A stretch of DNA of 64,000 bases from a virus (lineage: Duplodnaviria > Caudoviricetes), in the IMG/VR virus record IMGVR_UViG_3300048089_000093, positions 21,241 through 85,240 of that record; one strand, given 5' to 3'. Every line of letters begins with the position of its first letter. Position 1 is the first letter of the stretch. The position numbers were made by a program, and so were the translations under genes. The notes under the pieces are model-generated. The model saw only the letters and a program-made list of their open reading frames with translations. It searched no databases and was not told the origin of the DNA. Positions 28,901 to 37,871 of this stretch are shown piece after piece.

Positions 28901-29259
28901 AACACGCTGCCCAGTCGCTTGAAGAACTCGACGACCTTGTTCTCCATCAGCAGGTACTGCTCCAGCTGCTCGGGCGGCTTTTCCTTCTTCTGCTTGTAGC
29001 CTGCGAAGATGTTGCGGCGCAGCTGCGAGCCGTTCTCGCCTTCGCGGATGAAGATGATGTCCATCGGCGTGGCGTCGTGCTCGCGCAGCGTTTTCTCGAC
29101 GCTGTTCAGGAAGTTCTCGAAGCCGTATTGCCAGCCGTTGACATGCTCGGACTTCTCGTTGAACGTGACCTTGAAGCCGAACTCTTTGTCCTGGCCGGCG
29201 AAGTAGCAGCGCTTGGCGACGCTGCTGAGGTCGTAGACGATGCGGGTGCGCTTACGCAT
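25897..29259 (-). CDS. polA: DNA polymerase, family A, with N-terminal 5'-3' exonuclease and 3'-5' exonuclease
   Basis: FEN-like YK, EADD, D.D, LVGD.SD..PG..G.G; Exo DLE, HN..FE, Y...D; motif A DFKAQELR, motif B K..NF...YG, motif C VHDE. Confidence 0.95.
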   Translation of the reverse strand: MRKRTRIVYDLSSVAKRCYFAGQDKEFGFKVTFNEKSEHVNGWQYGFENFLNSVEKTLREHDATPMDIIFIREGENGSQLRRNIFAGYKQKKEKPPEQLEQYLLMENKVVEFFKRLGSVFVKLDGREADDVFAYLMKNLQGPRVGVADDGDMLILATLPDVKIRYQSKVIDPNENPLGPWPLEFNRLYKALVGDKSDTLPGAHGFGVAAFTDLYCAADADGMRELEDVIVKADWKSIEVAAADFKPLAKLLEHKDVVRRCYQCVQFFDDEIGQPGKELQWDVGMVTEKPEGEPKDERFDHWYQTRTLVTSGNFAQLMASGLWARIRKSPYVTLDLETATPPESDEWLAQVNDPDYVEEIESDDEDEDPQEAVAKKRAGGVDVLASRIVSMGVTLGENTEHTLYLTVNHKTDKNISMHNLYQFLARLIREDVEIRFPVHNSAFELPVWFMNLIEWTDGDDQFDNGFMPRIDDTFFMASYVDENVSLGLKQQAQMVLGYEQVSYEEVTQGRKMNQLTPQEAFAYGTDDTIVTAALRNYYEIVMQLERTFDLYREVEIDAAYLSAAGFITGVNFSREEMRKQERADDKLYDAAWAKLRSYLIEKKWDGVELPAVTLEPASMKVMYQIVTGVELECKARTPSKITAVMRENDDAATLADLYDAAIKTADGNMSHVEAYVRRFYKGEPELNSDSPKQMSRLLYEVMSLPVRARNRPTKAMKAEQGRSAVGTPKTDALAIASAKFYDSETHPTEVAMLDAIHDMRAVGTRRKMYYRPYRALPHWMDGSVHGSDGQCRTVTRRFAPNKPNKAQWPKGEKGDFRATIKPHHHDAAIVALDFKAQELRVIADASGDEAMTSCFVGDNKRDMHHLTGVSITQRKAQTKEIEVNEEVTYEWFAAVEKDVNHPLHKQIKALRKKAKTTNFASEYGAMAPKMAATLMVPEEEAQAYLDAKHGTFWRAEEWKKEEIIPQAKRQGYSLTLLGGRRHLASAFASSEWWIRSRAERQAVNFVIQGSCAEMTKLAMGRIWRAKLLVRYDATFIGVVHDELVFSVGRGDIVKFTQELHALMTMQYANMTIPIESSIGIGHDFLNLIEIGEVPSTDKIQGAIDQLWPQHAANDSGVKHAA

Positions 29260-29830
29260 TGGCTGTCTCCCTCGCCGCGGCGACTACGCGGTCGACCAGA
29301 TCGCGAACATCGTCGTTGAGCATCTTCAGGCTGCCGAGGTTGGGCAGGTTGTAGTCGCCGCGCACCTTCGGTAGCGGGGTGTTGCTGCTGTGCGCGTGGC
29401 TGACATCGGCGCGGCGCTGCGGGCCGCTCATGTGAACCAGCATGCCGCCGCGCTCGCGAATCCAATTCGCCTCGCTCTCAAAACGCACGTCCGTCACGAC
29501 GAACATGCCGAAATACTGCGTGTCGGCCTCCATCGCCATCTCCAGACGCCTGACCCAAAAGTCCGCGCCGAAGGTGCCACGGAACGCCTCGGTGCCCGCC
29601 AGCTGGAACATCTCGCGCGGCGTCAGCTTCCAGTACGGATGCGTGACAGTCTTGAGGTCGTCCTGCAGCCATTCGTCGGAGAGTCCGAACGCCGCCTTTA
29701 CGGCAGCCTTGAGCGCATCGCCGAACGCGAGTCGCTGTGTCTCCACGGGGCTGATCAGGCGAATGATGTTGCACACCGTGTCCTTGCCTACCCCGGTAGG
29801 GCCATGCAGCCCGATTAGAATTGGTTTCAT
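29252..29830 (-). CDS. Deoxynucleoside monophosphate kinase
   Basis: IGL.G..G.GKDT, AFGD.LK, PRE..Q..GTE..R, DFWV, VTDVRF..E. Confidence 0.9.
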   Translation of the reverse strand: MKPILIGLHGPTGVGKDTVCNIIRLISPVETQRLAFGDALKAAVKAAFGLSDEWLQDDLKTVTHPYWKLTPREMFQLAGTEAFRGTFGADFWVRRLEMAMEADTQYFGMFVVTDVRFESEANWIRERGGMLVHMSGPQRRADVSHAHSSNTPLPKVRGDYNLPNLGSLKMLNDDVRDLVDRVVAAARETANA

Positions 29831-30033
29831 GCTGGTTCCTTGCTCGTTTCATTCAGTGCGATGCACATCGCCTTCGCGTCGTTCCGGTCGTGGCACTCGG
29901 CCACGGCGTAGAAACGCCACGCTTCGGGCGTGTACGGGTTGCCCATCGAGTCGCGGGTCGTATCAACGACCGTCGCCTGGAAAGCGCTGTAGCCGGCCTG
30001 GGAGCCTTCGATAACCTTGAATCGCTCAGTCAT
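29827..30033 (-). CDS. Hypothetical protein
   Basis: GGAG SD; ATG overlaps the upstream TGA. Confidence 0.55.
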   Translation of the reverse strand: MTERFKVIEGSQAGYSAFQATVVDTTRDSMGNPYTPEAWRFYAVAECHDRNDAKAMCIALNETSKEPA

Positions 30034-30734
30034 CACAGCTCCTTCAGCGCGCGGCGCAGTTCCCAGCTGGTCGTGTCGCAGTCGGTCAGCAACCACTCGA
30101 CGTAGGACTCGGGCAAGTTCTCCAGCCGCTGCCCTTTGTACTTGCCGAAGCTGATGTTCGTGAGGCGCTCGCACATCACGTCCACCAGCAACTCCCAGCC
30201 GGTGCCGAAGCTGAGGATGTAGTTGATGAGCACGAGGCAGCGCTCGCAGTCGCCAATCGCGCTGTGTGCGTTCTTCATCTTCGGCAGCGTCAGGCCGTGC
30301 GTCGCCTCAAGCGTCTCCAGCAACGCTGCGAGCTTGTACGTAGGCATGTCCTTGACGAAGCGCCTGGCGCCGCGCAGCGTACAGCCGACATCCGCGCCCT
30401 CGGGCACGTAGTAGTCGATGTACTTCATGTCGAAGCTCGGGAAGCTGTGGCCGAAGATGTAGAACTTCTCGGTGGGCAGAACACCAAACGCGGCAGGCAA
30501 CACTTCGCTGATCGTCGGCGCCTGCTTGACCTGGTGGTCGTAGATGCCGTGAACAGCCGAAGCGTTAGGGTCGATAGGTCGCAGGGGGTTGACCAGTGTT
30601 TCAAAGCGTCGAACCGGTTCGAGTTTGGTGATGAACTCGCCGATGTCGAGGCGGCACTCGATGAATGCCAGTTCGCAGACCTTGTCGTCGCGGGACATGC
30701 CCGTGCACTCCAGGTCCATAACAAAAATTTTCAT
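30033..30734 (-). CDS. DEDDh 3'-5' exonuclease (ExoX/DnaQ-like)
   Basis: DLECTG, P..PI...AS..HGI, H...FD, H.A..D; C-terminal FGKYKG.......Y..WL module. Confidence 0.88.
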   Translation of the reverse strand: MKIFVMDLECTGMSRDDKVCELAFIECRLDIGEFITKLEPVRRFETLVNPLRPIDPNASAVHGIYDHQVKQAPTISEVLPAAFGVLPTEKFYIFGHSFPSFDMKYIDYYVPEGADVGCTLRGARRFVKDMPTYKLAALLETLEATHGLTLPKMKNAHSAIGDCERCLVLINYILSFGTGWELLVDVMCERLTNISFGKYKGQRLENLPESYVEWLLTDCDTTSWELRRALKEL

Positions 30735-30750
30735 GTGGGTGGGTTCCATG

Positions 30751-30778
30751 AAAAGAGCCGCTCCCGAAAGAGCGGCTC
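30751..30778 (-). terminator. Rho-independent terminator
   Basis: Minus strand GAGCCGCTC-tttcgg-GAGCGGCTC-TTTT. Confidence 0.8.
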
Positions 30779-30799
30779 ACTGCTATAGGACTGCAGTGC

Positions 30800-31870
30800 T
30801 TACAGCTGCGGCGCTTCAGTCAGACCGTCGGACGGCAGGAGGTTGAAGTAACTCTTGTTGTCCTTACCCTTCGTGCGTTCCGTGGTGAAGCGAACCACCG
30901 GATTGCCCGAGTCTTCCTTGATCTTGCCCATGCGCGCCTTCACGGCGCGGTTGAGGATGTAGTTGTCGAACTTGCCCTTGGACGTGGGCGAGAGCGAAAC
31001 CGACACGATCTCGTTCATGAAAGCGAAGTCCGCTTTCTCGGCAGCCATTGCGATGCCGAACACGTTCAGGTACTCCTTGACTGCGGCCTTTTCGAAGCCG
31101 TTGTCGCGCAGCCAGTCGCGATACTCGGTACACGTCTTGCCGTCGTGCTCGTCGTCCTCACCAGCGCCGCGGATCGTCAAGCCGTCATCCGAGAAGCGTA
31201 CGGCCTTCTTGCCTTCCTCGCTGTCGTCACCCGCCGACACCGTCCAGCTGGAGCTGTACGACACGACTGCGAGTTCGAGGAACGTGCCTGCTTCCTTGCC
31301 GTCCTGCGTGGAGATGATGCCTGCGTCGACGCGCAGCCGCTGGAAGGTGTTGTAGTCGATCGGGATGCCTGCCTTGGCAAACGCATCGCGCAGATCGGCC
31401 AGCGGGTTCGGGATGTCCTTGCCACCCGACAGGAAGTTCGACAGCACCTTGCGCTGCGGAACAGCGACAGCCGTCGTCTTGACTTCGGCCGCTTCGACCT
31501 TGTCCCCGCCCTTCTCGCCGGCTGCCGGGATAGCTGCCTCAGTTTCCTGCTTGACCTTCGCTTCCTTCGGCGCTGCCGCCTTCGAGAGCGCTGCCGCCGC
31601 ACCGGCCGCTGCCTTCGCGTTGACGACTTCCGTCACTTCCGTTTCAACCGGAGCAGCGGCACGCGGCACGCTGCGCACCGTTTCGGTGTGCTGAACGTCC
31701 GTGACACCGCCTTGTTCGGCGCCGGCGTTTGCGCCCGATGCCTCGACTTCGCGCTCGACAACGGCGGTGTCTCCGCCGCGGTCTTCACCTGCCTCAAATG
31801 CCGGGGCTTGAGCAGCTGCCTTCGTTTCCTGAGCAGCTTGGGACTGTGCTTTGTTTTTGAGGATAGACAT
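30800..31870 (-). CDS. Hypothetical protein (possible ssDNA-binding/replication accessory)
   Basis: Own promoter and terminator, low-complexity Ala/Glu N-terminus, beta-rich C-terminal domain. Function inferred from context only. Confidence 0.6.
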   Translation of the reverse strand: MSILKNKAQSQAAQETKAAAQAPAFEAGEDRGGDTAVVEREVEASGANAGAEQGGVTDVQHTETVRSVPRAAAPVETEVTEVVNAKAAAGAAAALSKAAAPKEAKVKQETEAAIPAAGEKGGDKVEAAEVKTTAVAVPQRKVLSNFLSGGKDIPNPLADLRDAFAKAGIPIDYNTFQRLRVDAGIISTQDGKEAGTFLELAVVSYSSSWTVSAGDDSEEGKKAVRFSDDGLTIRGAGEDDEHDGKTCTEYRDWLRDNGFEKAAVKEYLNVFGIAMAAEKADFAFMNEIVSVSLSPTSKGKFDNYILNRAVKARMGKIKEDSGNPVVRFTTERTKGKDNKSYFNLLPSDGLTEAPQL

Positions 31871-31938
31871 GACTAAATTTCCTGAACGATTTTCAATTTA
31901 AGGTGAACGATCTGCGCACTAGGGGATGCGCGGTACGA

Positions 31939-31967
31939 ACTCTAAACTACCATCTGACGAATTTCAA
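31939..31967 (-). promoter_or_regulatory. Sigma70-like promoter
   Basis: Minus strand TTGAAA-17-TAGAGT in an AT-rich intergenic gap. Confidence 0.55.
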
Positions 31968-31993
31968 TAGCCAGATTTACTGCCACTTCAAAA

Positions 31994-34882
31994 TTATTTA
32001 CCGTCGCCGATCTTGAACGTTCCTAAGTTGTACTGAGCGAGCAGTTCACTTGAAAAACGAACGACGCGTGCTGCCTGCCCAACGCCTGCTTTAACGATCA
32101 GCGGAGAGTCGGGCGGCTGCTTCTCGGAGATCAGCGAGCTGACCTGAACGCCCATCAGGAACGACTCGACGTCATTGAATTCTGGCACCACGCTGCGTCG
32201 TGTGCACGCAACGCGATAGCGGCCGAAGAACGCGTCGACGTTGATATCGAGATCCAGAGCCGGCGTGTAGGCGAACTCGACGCCGTGCCGCACGTTGTGA
32301 TCGAGTCCAGCTTCGTCCTGCCAGCTGATCGTCGCCATGAAGCGCAGGATGCGCACCATCGACGGGATCGAGACGAGCGACGGGTGGTTGTCCATGCAGA
32401 GCATCGCATCCTGCAGCTCAGAAAAGCGCGGCAGGAACTTCTCGTCAAAGACTGCAGCACCGAACGCGTGGCGCAGCACCTTGCCGAGGAATTTCAGCCC
32501 GCTGAGCGCGACGCCCAGGTTGTAGACGATCCGCGAGTTGCCGGTCATCGTCAGGTGGTCGGCTGCCGTCGCATGGCTTTCTTCGATCAGCTTGCGAATC
32601 ACTTCTGGCTTGCCCGACATCGTCGCCTGCATCATCGACTTGCCGATGCTGGTGAGGACTGCCTGGTTTCTGAACAGCGTCTCGAACGCAGCCTTCGCGC
32701 GCCCCTGTCTGTTCCGCTTGCTGAACGCCGCGGCGATCGTGCGCTCCTGGATCGCCGCCTCGGCCTCGGCGGTCTCGGTCGAGAACACCATCGGCGTGGT
32801 CTTCGTCTCGAACGCGAGGTCGTGCCAGTTTCCGCCCGCGACGCCGTTGCCATTGCCGCCGCCGCGGGGTGCCTGCATGCTGGGCGTGTACATCTCGTGG
32901 ATCAGCGTGCGGATCTCGCGCACCAGCTCCTGCGACATCTGCTTGGGCTTGAACTCATCCATGAAGTACGGGATCGTCGAGCTGCTGGTCAGCATCATGC
33001 GCCGGCCGTAGCTCGTGCCCTGCGAGGCATTGGTCGCCTTGGGCTCGGCCTTCAGGTAGAACATGCGCAGCAACAGCAGGATCAGCGCTGTCTTGCCCGC
33101 GCCGGCCTCGCCGAACACCTGCAGCAACGGGAAGCTCGTGCCGAACTTGTGGTGCAGCGTTTTCAGCCAGCATGCGCCGAGCCAGCCAAGTACACATGCG
33201 ACGGTCGTCGGCTCGTTGTTGAAGTGCAGCAGCGCGTCGACCACTTCCATCGCGTTCGCGTGGTCGACGAGCGGCAGGGCATCAGCCACGTCGCTGCGGT
33301 AGTTACCGATCTCCGTGCCGCTTGGGCTGCGGTAACGGTACGAGCGCGACGAGTCCGGTGCGAAGCAGCCCTCGCTGGACGCCCACACCATTTTCTCGTC
33401 GCCCGACTCGTCGCGCACGAGGTTGAAGCCTTCCTTCATGAGCGCGAAGATCTTCGGGTTGGCGCGCGCAGCCTGCATCACCGACGCGAACACACCGCCG
33501 GCCTTGAACGAGTCGAGCTTCGGCGCGACGCCGCCCTGCGTGGTGATGAACTTCTTCGCGGAGTCGCCGCTGAGGAACACGCTGCCGTCAATCTGCACTT
33601 CGCCCTGGGCCACGCCGGCGCACAACGATTCGACCATGTAGCCGCGCGTTTTCATGTCGACTGCATCGATCACCTCGACCGCGCTCGAACTGTCGAAGTG
33701 CCAGTTCGTTTCGCGACGCATCGAGTCCTCGCCCTTCGTCGAGTAGACGCCGAACGAGCCGTTGATGATGCCGCCCATCAGGTCCGACAGGTCGCCCTTG
33801 GCCGCACGCTCAGCCTGCTTGCCGCCCTTCGTCGGGTCACCGCGCAGGTCGTTGACGTCGGCCGTGTCGTCCATGATCGTGGTCATGGCGTTCGGCGAGT
33901 ACTGGTAGGCGATGTTGCCCGCAGCGTAGCGGAACATGCGCTTCAGTTCCGAGCGCACAGCGGACGTCGTGCCGTGGCCGTCGCCGCGGTAGTTCTGGAT
34001 CAGCCCCAGGCACGATTCGATATGCTCATCGAGTGACTTGCCCAGCGCGTTAGACAGGATGCCCAGCTGCAGGGCGATCTTGTTCAGTCCGACATTCGGG
34101 TTGATGTTGTGGCCGCCCATGATCGCTTTGACCGAGTCGGGCCAGTCACCGTTGAGCGCCTTCACAGCCTCAGTGGTGTCGCTGGCCTTCTTGCGGTTCT
34201 CGCTGTAACGCTGTGCGATCTTCTTGCGGAAGTTATCGAACTTCGACCCGAGCTGCGGCGAATACACCGGCTCAGCGAGTTTCGAAAACAGGCGCGGCGC
34301 GCTCGTCAGTTCCATGTACAGCTCAGGCGTCATCTCCTGCAGCTGCTGGAACGTGATAGGCACCTTGAAGCGGCCAGCCGTCTCGCGCTCGACGTTCGGC
34401 GTGCGCCACATGCGGCCACGCTTTGCGCTGTAGACGGCCATGTCCATGTCTTCCGTGTACAGCTCGTTCGCGAGTTCGCGGTAGACCTGTGGAAGGTACT
34501 GGACGCCGCCCAGGATCGTCGGCTCGTGCGAGCAGAACGTCCGGAACGGCAACTCGATGTGATAGCCGCGACCGCCTGTGGCGTACATCTGCACGCTCAG
34601 GGGATCAACGTCGTATTCATCAAGGAGGGTCTGGAGAAAACGCTTGACTGAAGCCGCGCCGATCATCAGATCGTCGCAGTCCCAGTCAGCGTAAAACGGA
34701 CCCGTGTAACGGGTCTTAAGCTGGTCTTCGAGAGACGAGTCATCATCGAGCAGCTCCGACAGATCGAGTACGGTGACGTACTTCGGCTGCTTCGTTTCGA
34801 TGATCGTTTCTCGCTGGTCGGATTTACCCGACGACCAGCCGCTGGACTTCTCAGAAGTCCAGTAGAAAAACTTATCAGTCAT
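31994..34882 (-). CDS. Primase-helicase fusion (AEP-like primase + P-loop helicase)
   Basis: FYADWD and GGRGYH (AEP motifs I/II), VYS...GRMWR.PN; C-terminal GEAGAGKT and YFMDEFK. Confidence 0.8.
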   Translation of the reverse strand: MTDKFFYWTSEKSSGWSSGKSDQRETIIETKQPKYVTVLDLSELLDDDSSLEDQLKTRYTGPFYADWDCDDLMIGAASVKRFLQTLLDEYDVDPLSVQMYATGGRGYHIELPFRTFCSHEPTILGGVQYLPQVYRELANELYTEDMDMAVYSAKRGRMWRTPNVERETAGRFKVPITFQQLQEMTPELYMELTSAPRLFSKLAEPVYSPQLGSKFDNFRKKIAQRYSENRKKASDTTEAVKALNGDWPDSVKAIMGGHNINPNVGLNKIALQLGILSNALGKSLDEHIESCLGLIQNYRGDGHGTTSAVRSELKRMFRYAAGNIAYQYSPNAMTTIMDDTADVNDLRGDPTKGGKQAERAAKGDLSDLMGGIINGSFGVYSTKGEDSMRRETNWHFDSSSAVEVIDAVDMKTRGYMVESLCAGVAQGEVQIDGSVFLSGDSAKKFITTQGGVAPKLDSFKAGGVFASVMQAARANPKIFALMKEGFNLVRDESGDEKMVWASSEGCFAPDSSRSYRYRSPSGTEIGNYRSDVADALPLVDHANAMEVVDALLHFNNEPTTVACVLGWLGACWLKTLHHKFGTSFPLLQVFGEAGAGKTALILLLLRMFYLKAEPKATNASQGTSYGRRMMLTSSSTIPYFMDEFKPKQMSQELVREIRTLIHEMYTPSMQAPRGGGNGNGVAGGNWHDLAFETKTTPMVFSTETAEAEAAIQERTIAAAFSKRNRQGRAKAAFETLFRNQAVLTSIGKSMMQATMSGKPEVIRKLIEESHATAADHLTMTGNSRIVYNLGVALSGLKFLGKVLRHAFGAAVFDEKFLPRFSELQDAMLCMDNHPSLVSIPSMVRILRFMATISWQDEAGLDHNVRHGVEFAYTPALDLDINVDAFFGRYRVACTRRSVVPEFNDVESFLMGVQVSSLISEKQPPDSPLIVKAGVGQAARVVRFSSELLAQYNLGTFKIGDGK

Positions 34883-34969
34883 CTTGTTGTTCGGGGCAGG
34901 GTGGGACTGTGGAACAACCGACCGGGCGCCAAGGGTGGGATTAGCGCTTCAGTCAGGGGGTGAGGCCGG

Positions 34970-35005
34970 ATTGTACTCTCGCTTTTTCTATCTAACAATT
35001 TGTTA
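34970..35005 (-). promoter_or_regulatory. Sigma70-like promoter with palindrome over the -35
   Basis: Minus strand TTGTTA-17-TACAAT; the -35 is one arm of TAACAA-T-TTGTTA (34993-35005). Confidence 0.55.
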
Positions 35006-35129
35006 CATGTCTTTTTTTACCTACGTAGGGTCCACCCTAAGACTCGCGCCCCAATTGCCGCCGAGCGTGGTCAATGCTCAACGAATCGATCGTCAGATCA
35101 ATGGGCAATTACTCGCTCTTTTCGGCCAA

Positions 35130-36542
35130 TTAAGCCTGGCCCAGGAGCTGCGCACGGAGGTCAGCCGTGCTCGGAACGACTTGTTGAATCAGTCCGTTGT
35201 TCTGCACCAGATTCTTGCGCAGCGTCACCTGCACCGTGCCGAGCGCGGTCGCCACGCGGATGTCGCAAACGAACTTCTGGCCCGGCCGCTCGATGCGCTT
35301 CACAGCCTGGAAGAAGTCCTTGGAAACGCTGGGGATCTCCAGGAATAGCGCGTGGTTGCAGCAGTCCTGCAGGCCGTCGACGCCGACGCCGCCCGATAGC
35401 GGGTTCATCACCGCCACCGTGCACGCCGGATTGAATTTGAAGCGCTCGACGTTCTTGTCCTTCTGCGTCTTGCTGATATCGCCATTCACTGCGACCGCAT
35501 CGACGCCCTGCCTGAGCAGGTAGTCCATGATCGCCTTCACCGACATCTTGTAGTTCGCGAAGACGAGCAGCTTCTGGCCGCGCAGCTCCGCGAGGAACTC
35601 GTCGAGCAGCTGGAACCCGTACGGCACCATCGTCTCGTCCTGCGCGAAGTACGCAGCGTTCAACACGACCTGCTGCAGCGCGACGTGCAGCTTGTTCGCT
35701 GTGGTCGCGTCGATCGCGAAGCCGCTCTCATACACCAGCATCTGTTGATCGACGAGCGTGCGATACAGCTTCATGTGCTGCGCTTCGAGGTCGTAGATCA
35801 CCGGGCTGATGTTCGCGCGCGGCATGTCCGGATGAACCTCGGGTGTGCTGATGAACGACGCGTTGAGCGCGAGGTTGCGCGCCAGCATGTCGAGCTTGCG
35901 CCACCGGATCGGCCGCTTATATGCGTCGTACTTCTCGACGTGGATTGTCTCGAACTGGCTGTAGCTGCGGTACACACCGGGCGACACCAGCTTGATGTAT
36001 GCGTAGGCGTCGCGCGGCGTCGACAGCGGTGAGCCGGTCATCGGCAGAACGCCGCCGCCGGCCGCCATCTGCAGTACTGCGCGAAAGGTGCCCGACTCGA
36101 AGTTCTTCGCGCACGTTGCCTCGTCGTTCTTCACCATCACCGGGCGCTTGCTGAACACCTCGTACAACCTGTCGAAGTCGTTCTTGAGCATCTGCGGCGT
36201 GGTGATGAAGTAGTTCGTGTCCGGGTCGAGGTCGATCTTCGCGCGCTGCGCCTTCGTGCCGTAGTAGACCTTGTTCGAGATGCCGCAGCTGTTGAGCCAC
36301 GACTGCCACTGCTTGAGCAGGATCGGCGGCGCCAGCTGGATCATCTGCGCGCCCGTCTGTTCGCGGCGAATCATTGCGTAGAGCGTGGAGCCGAACGTCT
36401 TGCCGGCGCCCATGTCCCAGTACATGCCGAAGCGGTCCCCGGACTCGATCACGCCGCGGTTGACTTCGTCACGTTGGTAAATCCAGGGTGTCTTGGGGAA
36501 TGCAACTTTCTTGCAGATCTGCGCGACGTAGTCAGTAGTCAT
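35130..36542 (-). CDS. SNF2-like (SF2) helicase
   Basis: DMGAGKT, NDEA, MTGSP, LVFANY, ING, GVGVDGLQ, QA.KRI.R.GQ. Confidence 0.88.
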   Translation of the reverse strand: MTTDYVAQICKKVAFPKTPWIYQRDEVNRGVIESGDRFGMYWDMGAGKTFGSTLYAMIRREQTGAQMIQLAPPILLKQWQSWLNSCGISNKVYYGTKAQRAKIDLDPDTNYFITTPQMLKNDFDRLYEVFSKRPVMVKNDEATCAKNFESGTFRAVLQMAAGGGVLPMTGSPLSTPRDAYAYIKLVSPGVYRSYSQFETIHVEKYDAYKRPIRWRKLDMLARNLALNASFISTPEVHPDMPRANISPVIYDLEAQHMKLYRTLVDQQMLVYESGFAIDATTANKLHVALQQVVLNAAYFAQDETMVPYGFQLLDEFLAELRGQKLLVFANYKMSVKAIMDYLLRQGVDAVAVNGDISKTQKDKNVERFKFNPACTVAVMNPLSGGVGVDGLQDCCNHALFLEIPSVSKDFFQAVKRIERPGQKFVCDIRVATALGTVQVTLRKNLVQNNGLIQQVVPSTADLRAQLLGQA

Positions 36543-36582
36543 GATAATTTCCGGCGGGCGGCCGGTACACGGCCGCCCTTTG

Positions 36583-37059
36583 TTACGCGGGTTCCTTCAC
36601 GCGGTGCATCGCATTCTGCGACACCAGCAGGCCCGTTGCAATGTCAGGCATCATCAGGTGCCGAACCAGAACCTGCGACGCGAACATCGGCGCCGCCGCA
36701 ATGCCGGGGTCGTTGAGCATGATCGCGTGAAGGATCAGCGGCTCGTACTTCAGCGCTGCGTCGCCCAGCGTGATCATGCTCTCCTCGCCTACCGCCCTCG
36801 ATCCATCCATCGAAACGAAGTAGCCGAGGTTGTTGAACACGGCGATGAACAGGGGGTCGAAGTTCTTCCGCTGTTGCATCGCGCCACGGTTGCGCGATGC
36901 GCCCTCATACGTCAGATCCCAGTCGTGCATCTGCGGCTCCATCACCGTGACGATGTTGAACGCAGCCTGCGACCGGCGGGCGATGCGCATCATGATGGGG
37001 TCGGACTTCACGCCATACATGAACGACCGCTCTATCGGGTACTTCAGATAGCTCAGCAA
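36583..37059 (-). CDS. Hypothetical protein
   Basis: AAGGAG SD, typical codon use. Confidence 0.6.
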   Translation of the reverse strand: MLSYLKYPIERSFMYGVKSDPIMMRIARRSQAAFNIVTVMEPQMHDWDLTYEGASRNRGAMQQRKNFDPLFIAVFNNLGYFVSMDGSRAVGEESMITLGDAALKYEPLILHAIMLNDPGIAAAPMFASQVLVRHLMMPDIATGLLVSQNAMHRVKEPA

Positions 37060-37868
37060 GATTTTGCTCCTTTGGGCTGGGGGACAGTTTCAAGGTCTTT
37101 CTCCCAAGCAAACTTTGATGGCTGCTCGGGCACTGTGATGATGCGACCTCGTGGGCGGTCGCTATCAGCATCTACTACTGCAAATTTGTGCGCGGCGACG
37201 AGATGGCGCTTGAGCAGCGGCGAGGCCGGGAACTTCGCCTGCATCTCGGGGCCGGTCATCAGCTCGCCGGTAGCGTGCAGCCTGCCAAACTCCTGCAGCG
37301 CTGCGCCGGGGGCGATCGTCATCTGGACGTGGATGATCTCCTTCTGCTCGGTCCAGACGTTCTCGATCACGCGGTACGTGTCGATGCGCCCGCGCCGCAC
37401 CGCGCCCTGAATCAGCGCGGGCGGCAGCCACTTATGCACACCGCCGCGCGTGGCCTGCTGCCGGAAGATGTCGGGCGACTCCAGCGGCCGGCCGATGATC
37501 GCCACCTCTGCCGCGCGCTCGGCCACCTCGCGCGCCTTGAGTGCCTCCGTCACGCGCAGATCCGTACTCTTTTGCTGGATCGTCGGGATCAGGTTCTTCG
37601 CGACGTGGTCATGCAGCTCGACGCCGGGCTTCGCGTGGTCGGTGATCCACCGGTCCAGATCACGAGGCATGAGCGCGAGCGCGCTGTTCGTGCGGTTGCC
37701 CTTCACGCCGACGGCGCCGTACGCGACTGGCAGCTGCTTGCTGATCGTGCTCCAGTGCAGCCCGAGCAGCTGCACGATGTTGCGCATCACGATGCGGCCT
37801 TCGGAGACGACCACGGGCAGCGTGTGCGCTTCCTTGTTCACGACGTACGTGAAGTCGATCGTCTCCAT
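37053..37868 (-). CDS. Antirepressor-like DNA-binding protein (P22 Ant N-terminal-like)
   Basis: LPVV.....VMR.IV..LGL.W......L ... L.....L..W pattern at the N-terminus. Confidence 0.5.
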   Translation of the reverse strand: METIDFTYVVNKEAHTLPVVVSEGRIVMRNIVQLLGLHWSTISKQLPVAYGAVGVKGNRTNSALALMPRDLDRWITDHAKPGVELHDHVAKNLIPTIQQKSTDLRVTEALKAREVAERAAEVAIIGRPLESPDIFRQQATRGGVHKWLPPALIQGAVRRGRIDTYRVIENVWTEQKEIIHVQMTIAPGAALQEFGRLHATGELMTGPEMQAKFPASPLLKRHLVAAHKFAVVDADSDRPRGRIITVPEQPSKFAWEKDLETVPQPKGAKSC

Positions 37869-37871
37869 CCG

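Noticed and set aside
26788-29319. 843-aa + strand ORF antisense to polA (also 32285-34036, 6240-8174, 17617-18708 and similar)
   Set aside because: Shadow ORFs produced by strong GC3 bias on the real strand; V/L/R/H-rich, no motifs or SD.
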